In this document: positions 40,546 to 48,435 of the stretch, in pieces
Numbering within the stretch: position 1 is the first letter of the stretch
Layout: each line of letters begins with the position of its first letter
NCBI GenBank assembly: GCA_018819405.1
Contig: JAHJQF010000001.1
Coordinates: 513,377 to 577,376 of the forward strand
Length of the DNA: 64,000 nucleotides
Reading direction: 5' to 3'
From: Patescibacteria group bacterium
Lineage (GTDB): Bacteria > Patescibacteriota > Patescibacteriia > UBA1558 > GWA2-36-10
Program-made: the position numbers and the translations under genes
Notes under the pieces: model-generated
The model's database searches: none
Told to the model about the DNA's origin: nothing
What the model saw: the letters and a program-made list of their open reading frames with translations, nothing else

Positions 40546-41928
40546 ATGGATATTTATTTATACAACAGTTTACACAAAAAAAAGGAAAAATTTGAGCCAA
40601 TCGCCAAGAAAAAGCTCGGTCTTTATACTTGCGGTCCGACTGTTTATGATTATCCACATATTGGCAACTTGGCAGCCTATGTTATCTGGGACATTTGGAA
40701 GCGCTTATTTATTTCTCAAGGTTACAAGGTAAAACATATTATGAATGTCACTGATGTTGGACATTTGACATCAGATGCCGATGATGGTGAAGACAAGATG
40801 GAAAAAGCTAAGCGTCAGTCAGGCAAATCAGCCTGGCAAATTGCTGATTTTTTCTTCAAGGTTTTTCGCAACAATCTCCACAACCTAAACATCTTTGAGC
40901 CGGACAAATTTTTGCGAGCAACTGAGACTATCAAAGAACAGATTGCCTTTGCCAAAATTTTGGATGAAAAGGGATATTTGTATAAGATTTCAGATGGTAT
41001 GTATTTTGATACTTCCAAGATTAGTGACTACGGAGTATTGGCTAATTTGCAAGACGTAGATTTGCAAGAAGGGGCTAGAGTAGAAAAAAATAATGAAAAG
41101 AAAAATCCGACTGATTTTGCGGTCTGGAAGTTTTCTCCAGAGGATAAAACTCGTGATATGGAATGGGAGTCTCCTTGGGGACTAGGATTTCCAGGTTGGC
41201 ATTTGGAATGTTCGGTCATGAGTCAGATAGAACTAGGAGATACTTTTGATATACACACTGGTGGTATGGATCATCTTACTGTCCATCATCCCAATGAAAT
41301 GGCACAATCGGAAGCAGTGACTGGTAAGTTGCAAGCTAATTATTGGCTACACAATGCTTTTGTAAAATATGAAGGCGGCAAAATTTCCAAATCCAAAGGC
41401 AGCTTTTTTACTCTTGAAGATTTGAAAGCCAAGGGATTCTCGCCAATGTATTTTCGTTATCTTATTTTGCAAAACAATTATCGTACTCCACTCAATTTTT
41501 CTTGGGAATCTTTGCTAGCCGCCAAAAATGGATTATTAAATATTATAAAAGAAATAGCTTATTATCCAAAACCAAAAAAAGCTGACAAGCAGATATTGGA
41601 GGATTTTTATCATTCTTTGTCTGATGATCTCAATACTGCCAAAGGATTGGCTATATTACAAAGTGTGATTGACTCAGATATGGATGATGGCCAGAAGCTG
41701 GCTACTATTTATAAGATGGACGAAGTTTTGGGCTTGTCTTTGGAAAACTTGTCAGCCAAAGCGCTAGATATTCCCGATGACGCTTTGATTATTTTGTCCG
41801 AGCGTCAAAAAGCACGGGAGGAAAAAAATTGGGAGTTATCTGACAAATTGAGAGATAAGTTGTTATTATTGGGTATAGAAGTCAAAGATAGTCCAGAGGG
41901 TCAAAAACCATTATATTTGAATTTATAA
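40546..41928 (+). CDS. cysS: Cysteinyl-tRNA synthetase
   Basis: CGPTVY, HIGN, PGWHLECS, DIHTGG.D, HH.NE, KISKS. Confidence 0.98.
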   Translation: MDIYLYNSLHKKKEKFEPIAKKKLGLYTCGPTVYDYPHIGNLAAYVIWDIWKRLFISQGYKVKHIMNVTDVGHLTSDADDGEDKMEKAKRQSGKSAWQIADFFFKVFRNNLHNLNIFEPDKFLRATETIKEQIAFAKILDEKGYLYKISDGMYFDTSKISDYGVLANLQDVDLQEGARVEKNNEKKNPTDFAVWKFSPEDKTRDMEWESPWGLGFPGWHLECSVMSQIELGDTFDIHTGGMDHLTVHHPNEMAQSEAVTGKLQANYWLHNAFVKYEGGKISKSKGSFFTLEDLKAKGFSPMYFRYLILQNNYRTPLNFSWESLLAAKNGLLNIIKEIAYYPKPKKADKQILEDFYHSLSDDLNTAKGLAILQSVIDSDMDDGQKLATIYKMDEVLGLSLENLSAKALDIPDDALIILSERQKAREEKNWELSDKLRDKLLLLGIEVKDSPEGQKPLYLNL

Positions 41929-41974
41929 GTATTTTTGTTGAGGCAGCCTTTTTAGGCTGTTTTTTTGTTGGGTC

Positions 41975-42002
41975 TTGACAACAGCCAAATATGTGCTATG
42001 AT
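41975..42002 (+). promoter_or_regulatory. Promoter of the tRNA-like array
   Basis: TTGACA, 16-bp spacer, extended -10 TGcTATGAT; follows the cysS terminator. Confidence 0.6.
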
Positions 42003-42055
42003 AATTTTTACGCTTAATAAAAGGGTATGTTTTTTTGAGAAGTCACCGTATAGGT

Positions 42056-42130
42056 GGGCTGGTAGCTCAGTGTTAGAGCGCCTGTCTGGCAGACAGGAGG
42101 ACAGGGGTTCAAGTCCCCTCCAGTCCACCA
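42056..42130 (+). tRNA. tRNA-Ala(GGC)
   Basis: Full cloverleaf, G3:U70, A73, encoded CCA, anticodon loop CT-GGC-AG; D loop lacks the usual GG. Confidence 0.88.
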
Positions 42131-42135
42131 CTGTT

Positions 42136-42233
42136 TCGGGTACCGTGCTCTTTTGGGAGCGAGTCGGCAAGGCTAACTGGCGAGAAGGTCTTGCGCAAAA
42201 AGACTGGGAAAAAGTGGATTCCCCGGTACCCGA
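42136..42233 (+). ncRNA. tRNA-like multi-arm cloverleaf, non-canonical
   Basis: 10-bp closing stem TCGGGTACCG/CGGTACCCGA; arms GCTC/GAGC, GGTCTT/AAGACT, GGGAA/TTCCC; no TTC loop, no CCA. Confidence 0.5.
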
Positions 42234-42250
42234 TGATTTTTCTTGCCTCA

Positions 42251-42345
42251 CAACGAGGTGTCGCTCCTTTGGGAGGATTTTTAGCCGGGGTTTACGAGTC
42301 CCTAGGCTGACAATCGAGGCATTGGGCGCCTCCGACACCTTGTTG
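42251..42345 (+). ncRNA. tRNA-like cloverleaf with elongated central arm
   Basis: CAACGAGGTGTCG/CGACACCTTGTTG closing stem, CTCC/GGAG arm, 5-bp/7-nt T-like arm GAGGC/GCCTC. Confidence 0.5.
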
Positions 42346-42381
42346 AAGCTTTGTACTTTTTTACATAATGCACTTTTGTGC

Positions 42382-42453
42382 CCCCCGTTGGTCCAATTGG
42401 ACAGGACACCTGCCAGTCAGGTAATATAGGTTCAAATCCTATACGGGGTACCA
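42382..42453 (+). tRNA. tRNA-Glu-like gene with truncated anticodon arm
   Basis: GTCC/GGAC D arm, ATAGG-TTCAAAT-CCTAT T arm, ACCA end; anticodon arm only ACCTG-CCAGT-CAGGT. Confidence 0.6.
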
Positions 42454-42464
42454 CAATTTCGGTC

Positions 42465-42540
42465 GCGGGTTTAGCTCAGTTGGCTAGAGCACTTCACTTG
42501 AAATGGAGTCGCACAGGTTCGAATCCTGTAGCCCGCGCCA
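42465..42540 (+). tRNA. Class I tRNA body with TGA (Ser) anticodon
   Basis: GCGGGTT/AGCCCGC acceptor, G73, CCA; CTTCA-CTTGAAA-TGGAG; 4-nt variable region. Confidence 0.75.
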
Positions 42541-42550
42541 CACTATCGTC

Positions 42551-42628
42551 TGGGGAGACATCAATCGGACAGAGCGCTCCGTTCGTTCGGAAAGCGTTGT
42601 CGGTTCGAGTCTGACAGTGTCCTTCTCA
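42551..42628 (+). pseudogene. Degenerate tRNA (Arg-like)
   Basis: TCAATCGGACAGAGC D region; GTCGG-TTCGAGT-CTGAC T arm; damaged acceptor and anticodon arms. Confidence 0.5.
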
Positions 42629-42635
42629 GCGATGG

Positions 42636-42691
42636 GGAGGGGGTTGAGTCTTGCGCTTGTGGCAAGACAATTCCCCCTCCTTTTTCTTTTT
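42636..42691 (+). terminator. Intrinsic terminator of the tRNA-like array
   Basis: GGAGGGGG..GTCTTGC / GCAAGAC..CCCCCTCC followed by TTTTTCTTTTT. Confidence 0.8.
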
Positions 42692-42788
42692 GTTTAAAAA
42701 ATAAAATCATTGACAAAAACCCTTAAAATTACTATATTAAATTATACGACGGCGCATATTTGCTGACGGCTAAAATTTTTTTTATAAA

Positions 42789-42862
42789 TCCCGTTAGAAA
42801 TTCACGAGATTTTATCGGGAGATAGTAAATAAAAAATAATTTAACTATAATTTCTAACGGGA
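42789..42862 (+). mobile_element. MITE-like element, AGAAATT subfamily
   Basis: TCCCGTTAGAAATT / AATTTCTAACGGGA; flanks TAAA and TGAA; interior homologous to 58360-58440. Confidence 0.85.
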
Positions 42863-44259
42863 TGAATTTATCAACATTATTATTACTTTTGGTATATATA
42901 GTAAACGTAGGTCTTTTAGTATATGTTTTGTTTTCCAAAAATAAAAAAAAAGGCTGGCCGTTTTTTTGGATGTTGCTTTTGTTGATTTTATGGCAGAGTA
43001 CAGAATTATTTAGTATTATATATTTTGTTGACAAAGGAGAAACCCTTCTTCTTTTTGCTGTCAGAGCCGGGCTTTTGCCGACTCTTTATCTAGCGCCAGC
43101 TTTTTTGTGGCTGGTTTTTTCTTTGTTTGATAAATGGCAGACTTTCAAACCATGGCGCAAATTTTTGTATTTTCTACCGGCTATTATTATGTCGCCTTTT
43201 GCGTTTACAGATTTTAATACCAGTCAGGTAGTATTTGAGGATGAGAGGATATATTATGTTGGCGGGCCGATTTATTGGTTTTTTGCTGCCTACTTTATCA
43301 TATTGATGAGTTATGGCATGTATTTTTTGATCAAAAACAGAAAACAAGCCAAGGCTATAGTCAGGCGGCAAATAGATTATATTTTTATAGGGACTTTTTT
43401 GACAGCTGCTTGCGGATTGATATTTAACATATTATTGCCAATATTTGGTCTGAACAACTTATATTATCTGGGTGTAAATAGCACTATATTTTTTACAGCT
43501 ATTCTTACTTATGCACTTTTTAGGTATAGATTCTTTGATTTGTATATTTCTTTTTATCGTTTACTGATTGATTTTGTGCGTTTATTTTTTACAGGTTTGA
43601 TCTTTTATATTCTTTATATTTTGCTTTTTGATGTAGCAGATTTGGATTTTTCAGTGACTAGCAATGTCTTGTTGTTTTTGGTTATGATTGCTCTAGTTGG
43701 GCCATTTTTGTTTCGCTTGATAAATAAATTTTTTGTAGCTTATCTGGTCTATCCGGAAAATGACATCAAAAATTCAGAAAACAAAATTGCCGATATTTTG
43801 CGCTCCAGTCGTGATCTGGATGTTTTATTTTCACGTTTGGCTAGAGAGATAAGTAAAATAGTGGACTATCAGGACATTTATTTTTTTCTTTCCAAAAGAA
43901 AAAATGTCGATATGTTTTATCAGGTATTTCCGGTAGGCGAGAGACTGATGAGCAAGACAAATAGTGAGATGCTTTCTTATCTTGCTCGCAAACGAGAAGT
44001 TATAAATAAGGCAGAATTAGAATATATAGGCGCTGAGAAAAGCCTGCTGTCAGAATTGTCCGAAAAGCAAGTAGATCTGGTGTTGCCCATTTTTTATAAT
44101 CGTCAGCTTTTGGGAGCAATACTTATAAATAACAACAATGGTCTGGTATCTATCCAAAAAATACATTTTCTAAAACAGCTAAATAAATATCTAGACATTG
44201 CTATTGGTAGTCTGCTCTTGCATCAACAGGATATGGCGGAAAACAGTCCAAAAGTTTAA
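42862..44259 (+). CDS. HisKA_7TM-type membrane sensor with GAF-like domain and no kinase domain
   Basis: Multi-TM N-terminus, GPIY.F, RRQ..YI, TYAL.RYRFFD; C-terminal LPIF....LLG. Confidence 0.75.
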   Translation: MNLSTLLLLLVYIVNVGLLVYVLFSKNKKKGWPFFWMLLLLILWQSTELFSIIYFVDKGETLLLFAVRAGLLPTLYLAPAFLWLVFSLFDKWQTFKPWRKFLYFLPAIIMSPFAFTDFNTSQVVFEDERIYYVGGPIYWFFAAYFIILMSYGMYFLIKNRKQAKAIVRRQIDYIFIGTFLTAACGLIFNILLPIFGLNNLYYLGVNSTIFFTAILTYALFRYRFFDLYISFYRLLIDFVRLFFTGLIFYILYILLFDVADLDFSVTSNVLLFLVMIALVGPFLFRLINKFFVAYLVYPENDIKNSENKIADILRSSRDLDVLFSRLAREISKIVDYQDIYFFLSKRKNVDMFYQVFPVGERLMSKTNSEMLSYLARKREVINKAELEYIGAEKSLLSELSEKQVDLVLPIFYNRQLLGAILINNNNGLVSIQKIHFLKQLNKYLDIAIGSLLLHQQDMAENSPKV

Positions 44260-44352
44260 AGTTGAAAAGTATTAACATATAAAATTTGCGTAATTTTTAA
44301 TAATATGGTTATATAATTTGTTCAACTTTTAATTTTTTAACTTACTAACGGG

Positions 44353-45042
44353 ATGAGTATTCAAAACATTTTTCTCTTGATAGCCGCTATAGTCAATTTG
44401 CTTATGAGTATTGTTGTTTTTTCTCGCGGTATAAAAAACAAGGTAAACTTATATTTTGGCTTGCTGACTTTTTTTAATTTTTTATGGGCGCTTGGGCTGA
44501 TATTGGTGAATTTGGCTATTAGCTATGAGTTTACTAGATTTTTTGCCAGTTTTGTTTATCCGGTGGCCTTGATGGTAGTAGTTAGTCTTTATTATTTTAT
44601 TGTTTATTTCCCTTATAAAACTTTTGAATTGCCCAAGCTTTATAAAAATTTAATTACTTTTTTTGTGGGTCTAGTCACTTTATTTTGTATAGGAGCCTAT
44701 AAGATTTTTGTCCAAGATGTTTCTTTTAATCAAGGTGTTACGATTTTTTATGAAATGTGGAGCTATACATCTTATAGTATTTTGTTGGTTATATTAATGA
44801 TTCTTGGTATAGCTGTTTTATTTTCAAAGATTAAAAAAGCCGAGGGTATTTTTAAAGTGCAATTAAAATTAATTTTAATCGCGGTTATTATTGGTACAGC
44901 AGTTGGGAGTTATTCCAATTTATTTATGATGTATTTTTATAATTGTCAGTATAATCACCTAGGTCCTTTATTTACTTTATTTATCAACTTTGTAGTTTTT
45001 TATTTTATATTTTTTAGTCAAAAATCTAAACAGCTATCATAA
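44353..45042 (+). CDS. Stand-alone HisKA_7TM-type sensor domain
   Basis: About 7 TM segments; SRGIKNKVNLYFGLLTFFNFLWALGL, YFP, QLKLIL. Confidence 0.75.
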   Translation: MSIQNIFLLIAAIVNLLMSIVVFSRGIKNKVNLYFGLLTFFNFLWALGLILVNLAISYEFTRFFASFVYPVALMVVVSLYYFIVYFPYKTFELPKLYKNLITFFVGLVTLFCIGAYKIFVQDVSFNQGVTIFYEMWSYTSYSILLVILMILGIAVLFSKIKKAEGIFKVQLKLILIAVIIGTAVGSYSNLFMMYFYNCQYNHLGPLFTLFINFVVFYFIFFSQKSKQLS

Positions 45043-45047
45043 ATACT

Positions 45048-45743
45048 ATGGTGATCACAACTTTACAATTACAAAATTTAACTTTGTTAATTGCGGCTAT
45101 CATAAATATAGTCATGAGTATATTTGTGTTGTCGCGCGGGCTTAAAAACAAAGTAAATTTATATTTTGGTCTGCTGACTTTTTTTAATTTTTTGTGGGCT
45201 TTGGGATTATTTTTGTCTAGGATTTTAGTGGATGATTTTACCGCTCAATTGCTTTATAGAACAGCGTATTTTGCCGCTATTTGGATAGCCGTATTTTTAT
45301 TTTATTTTACTCTAAATTTTCCTTATAAAATTAAGGATTTAAATAAGTATTATAGGTACTTTATTTGGTTTTTTTCGATATTAATATCTATACTAATTTA
45401 TACTAAATTTCATATAATTAGTTTTGAAAGAAGTGCAAACTTGGCAAATTGGTTTATGAATTATTATAAGCCATTTTACATAATTTATAGTATCTTCTTC
45501 TTTGTTTTAGTTTTGTTTGCAATTTATTTTTTAGTAGACAAGCTAGATAAAATAGAGGGATTTTTAAAGGATAAGATTAAGATATTATTATTTACCATAA
45601 TAATGGGCTTGATATTTGGCTCTTATTTCAATTTAATATTATGTTATTTCCAAAATTGGGATTATATATGGTTTGGGCCAATATTTACGGCTTTTATGAA
45701 TATTTATGTTTTTAGATTAATCAGCCTTTCCAAAGAAAGATAA
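45048..45743 (+). CDS. Stand-alone HisKA_7TM-type sensor domain (tandem paralogue)
   Basis: SRGLKNKVNLYFGLLTFFNFLWALGL shared with the previous gene. Confidence 0.75.
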   Translation: MVITTLQLQNLTLLIAAIINIVMSIFVLSRGLKNKVNLYFGLLTFFNFLWALGLFLSRILVDDFTAQLLYRTAYFAAIWIAVFLFYFTLNFPYKIKDLNKYYRYFIWFFSILISILIYTKFHIISFERSANLANWFMNYYKPFYIIYSIFFFVLVLFAIYFLVDKLDKIEGFLKDKIKILLFTIIMGLIFGSYFNLILCYFQNWDYIWFGPIFTAFMNIYVFRLISLSKER

Positions 45744-45749
45744 TTTTTT

Positions 45750-46742
45750 ATGGCCAAAGCAAATAAAAAAATATATTTACTCTTAGCTGGCGGTACTTGT
45801 ATTTTGGATAAAGATAGCCGTATTTTTGCAATTAATGAAAAAAAAGACATTGATTATTGGTTTGATTTAATGCCAGAGCTGCGTATTTTGGCTGACATAG
45901 AAACAGTTTTGATTTCTAGCGAAGACCAAGTAGTAGACACTAGTGTCTGGCAGAAAATTGCCAAGAGTATTGTAGACAGAGAAAAATCAGCCGATGGTTT
46001 TGTAGTAGTGACAAAAATAGACCAACTTGTCAACACCTCTTTAGCAATTAATTTTTTGTTGCAGAATTTTAAAAAGTCTATTATTTTTACCAGTTCCCAA
46101 GTCAGCGGCAGTAGTTTTGTAGACAAAAAAGAAGTAATAAATAAACTAAAATCAAAACACGGTGGGTTAGGCCTAAGGACCAATTTGATAAACGCTATTC
46201 AAATTGCTTGTGAGCCTCTTCCACAGACAGCTGTTTTGTTTGGTACTAGGTTAATCGCTTCTACCAAAGCAATAGTAGATCTTCAGGATAGTATAAACAA
46301 TTTTATCAGTGTGGAAGGTAATTATTTAGCCAAAATTGATTTTGGTATAAATTTGAAATCGGGACTCAAATATTCCACCAAAAAAACAGAGATTTATCCC
46401 AGTATGTCAGCCAAAGTTTTGGCAATCTATGATATCCCAGGTATTGATTGGCAGTTTGAGCAAACTGATATGGCTAAATACGACGGGCTATTTATCAAAA
46501 TATCTCCCTTTCAAAACCTTGAAAATGTCAAAATAAAAAAAATAAATAATTGGAAAATACCGACAGTAATTTTTAATTCACGATATGTACCAGTTGTAAA
46601 AGGAGCGGTATCTGTATCAGGTTGTACTTTTAACTCAGCTCTTATCAAAACTATTTGGGCCTTGTCAAACAAAAAGAAACTACCAGATTTTGAAAATGTG
46701 ATGAAGCAAAATATAATTGGTGAGTTTAATTCACCCCGTTAA
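45750..46742 (+). CDS. Asparaginase-fold protein, divergent
   Basis: LLAGGT, W..IA..I, DGFVV, IIFT.SQ, NL.NA; the HGTDT motif is not retained. Confidence 0.7.
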   Translation: MAKANKKIYLLLAGGTCILDKDSRIFAINEKKDIDYWFDLMPELRILADIETVLISSEDQVVDTSVWQKIAKSIVDREKSADGFVVVTKIDQLVNTSLAINFLLQNFKKSIIFTSSQVSGSSFVDKKEVINKLKSKHGGLGLRTNLINAIQIACEPLPQTAVLFGTRLIASTKAIVDLQDSINNFISVEGNYLAKIDFGINLKSGLKYSTKKTEIYPSMSAKVLAIYDIPGIDWQFEQTDMAKYDGLFIKISPFQNLENVKIKKINNWKIPTVIFNSRYVPVVKGAVSVSGCTFNSALIKTIWALSNKKKLPDFENVMKQNIIGEFNSPR

Positions 46743-47015
46743 ATAAATTTAAATCATAATATGAATCATTATGTATATATATTAAAAAGTAAGAAAGATA
46801 ATAACTTCTATGTAGGTTATACTAAAGATTTAAATTTAAGATTTAAGCAACACCAAGAAGCTAAAGTAGAATCAACTAAAAACAGAAGACCATTAAATTT
46901 GATATATTATGAATGTTGTTTAAATCAACAAGATGCTACTAAGAGAGAAAAATATTTAAAAACATATCTTGGTAGATATTATATCAAGAAAAGGCTTAAA
47001 TCTTATTTAACGGGG
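46734..47015 (+). mobile_element. 282-bp inverted-repeat element carrying a GIY-YIG nuclease gene
   Basis: CCCCGTTAAATAA-ATTTAA / TTAAAT-C-TTATTTAACGGGG ends enclose the ORF. Confidence 0.85.
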
Positions 47016-47018
47016 TAA
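46761..47018 (+). CDS. Stand-alone GIY-YIG nuclease (UPF0213/Slx1-like)
   Basis: YVYILKS, FYVGYT.DL..R..QH, STK.RRP..LIYYE, A..RE.YLK; final YLTG encoded by the right repeat. Confidence 0.93.
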   Translation: MNHYVYILKSKKDNNFYVGYTKDLNLRFKQHQEAKVESTKNRRPLNLIYYECCLNQQDATKREKYLKTYLGRYYIKKRLKSYLTG

Positions 47019-47020
47019 AT

Positions 47021-47581
47021 ATGAAAATTTATTTTTATACCAATCAGGAGCTAAATAACACTGACGCCAAAGAAATTATCAATCACTTGAGGCGGGCAGA
47101 TATTGAGGTCATTAGTAGCTTGAGTAGCTCTTCAGATACGCAACTTGAAAGAGTGGATGCTTTTGTTTTTCAGGGACAAAAATTTGATACTAAGGCTGGA
47201 TATTTGACAGCTCTAGCTTTGGCGCAGAGCAAAGAGGTGCTTTGTCTTTTGCCTAGTGGTAGCAAAATTGATAGCTCGTTGGCCAGCCTGAGAGATAATA
47301 GGAATTTGGCCAAGCATTTATTGGTAGAATTTTATACTGATAGTGACTTGTCAGATAAACTGGAAAAATTTTTGACCAAATTGGACAAAAAAACTATCCG
47401 GGATTTGTTTAATATCAAATATACTTTGAGAGTATCGGGCAAGATAAATGATTATCTCAATTGGAAAGCCAGAGAAAAATCTGTCAAAAAAGCCGACTGG
47501 ATAAGGGACAACATACAGGATTTGATGAAAAATGATGAGAAATATCAGGATTTTTTAAAAAATAAATTTAAGGCTGGCTAA
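47021..47581 (+). CDS. Hypothetical protein (alpha/beta N-domain, possible ribbon-helix-helix C-terminus)
   Basis: GY..ALAL...K.VLCL resembles the deoxyribosyltransferase-like fold; YTLR.S..I..YL.W....KA..IR. Confidence 0.55.
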   Translation: MKIYFYTNQELNNTDAKEIINHLRRADIEVISSLSSSSDTQLERVDAFVFQGQKFDTKAGYLTALALAQSKEVLCLLPSGSKIDSSLASLRDNRNLAKHLLVEFYTDSDLSDKLEKFLTKLDKKTIRDLFNIKYTLRVSGKINDYLNWKAREKSVKKADWIRDNIQDLMKNDEKYQDFLKNKFKAG

Positions 47582-47586
47582 AAAAG

Positions 47587-48387
47587 ATGACTAAAAATGA
47601 AGTCAAAAAAACTTTTTTTGAAGTACCGGAAGTGGTCAAAGATGCCTTGCCCTTTCGTATTGAATCCGGCAATGAGACTTTGGCCATAATTACTCACGGC
47701 TTTACCAGCTCGCCATATCATTTGCGTCATTTGGCTGAGTATTTGGCCGAGCGCGGTATAGACGTGGAGACTATTCTTTTGGCCGGCCATGGATCTTCCG
47801 AGCAGGCTTTGGAAAAAACCAGTCATCATGATTGGCTTGATTCGGTAGAAAGTGTCTTATTGAAAAATCTGGATAAATACAAAAAAATCTATATGATAGG
47901 TCATTCTTTGGGAGCCAATATTTCAATTTGTTTGTCGGTCAAATATCCTCAGATAAAAGGCATTGTATCTTTGGGAGCATCTATATATTTGCGCGGTGAA
48001 TTTTGGCAAAGATTTTTTTTGCCCTGGTACAAGTTTTTTGGTATAAAAAAATTGAAAAAAATGTGGCTCAAGCCAGAAGAAGCTGAGCTCATAATAAAAA
48101 GGGGAGGGAGAACCAATATCCCTATAAAATCAGTTGATCAGCTTTATAAGTTTATTGATACCCATACAAAAAAAGAAATAGCGCAGGCTACAGCGCCGAT
48201 ACTCATCGTTCATTCTCGGTACGACAAGGTGTCTCACCCTTATAGCTCTCAGTTTTTGTTTGAAAATATTGCCAGTCAGGACAAGGAGTTGTTTATTTTG
48301 GACAAAAGCGACCATGGTCTTCTCCAGAGTACTAGACGAGATTTTTTGTTCAAAAAAATAGTAAATTTTATAGGTAATCATAATTAA
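47587..48387 (+). CDS. Alpha/beta hydrolase (carboxylesterase/monoacylglycerol lipase-like)
   Basis: HGFT.SP, LAGHG, GHSLG nucleophile motif, D and H triad candidates. Confidence 0.9.
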   Translation: MTKNEVKKTFFEVPEVVKDALPFRIESGNETLAIITHGFTSSPYHLRHLAEYLAERGIDVETILLAGHGSSEQALEKTSHHDWLDSVESVLLKNLDKYKKIYMIGHSLGANISICLSVKYPQIKGIVSLGASIYLRGEFWQRFFLPWYKFFGIKKLKKMWLKPEEAELIIKRGGRTNIPIKSVDQLYKFIDTHTKKEIAQATAPILIVHSRYDKVSHPYSSQFLFENIASQDKELFILDKSDHGLLQSTRRDFLFKKIVNFIGNHN

Positions 48388-48435
48388 TATTTATTTTTAA
48401 AAAAGCGTTTTTTGTGGTAAAATATAATAACAAAT

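Noticed and set aside
42136-42233. tRNA-Sec or suppressor tRNA explaining the proA amber codon
   Set aside because: No UCA or CUA anticodon in a canonical loop, no TTC loop or CCA, and no sel/pyl genes in the window.
41952-42697. ORFs 41952-42338, 41965-42429, 42378-42614 and 42503-42697
   Set aside because: They overlie the GC-rich tRNA-like array, have no protein motifs and are best explained as chance open frames.
42732-43034. Antisense ORFs with FLTG/PVRN-like words (also 5119-5394)
   Set aside because: These words are translations of the inverted-repeat ends, and the frames are shadows of real genes.
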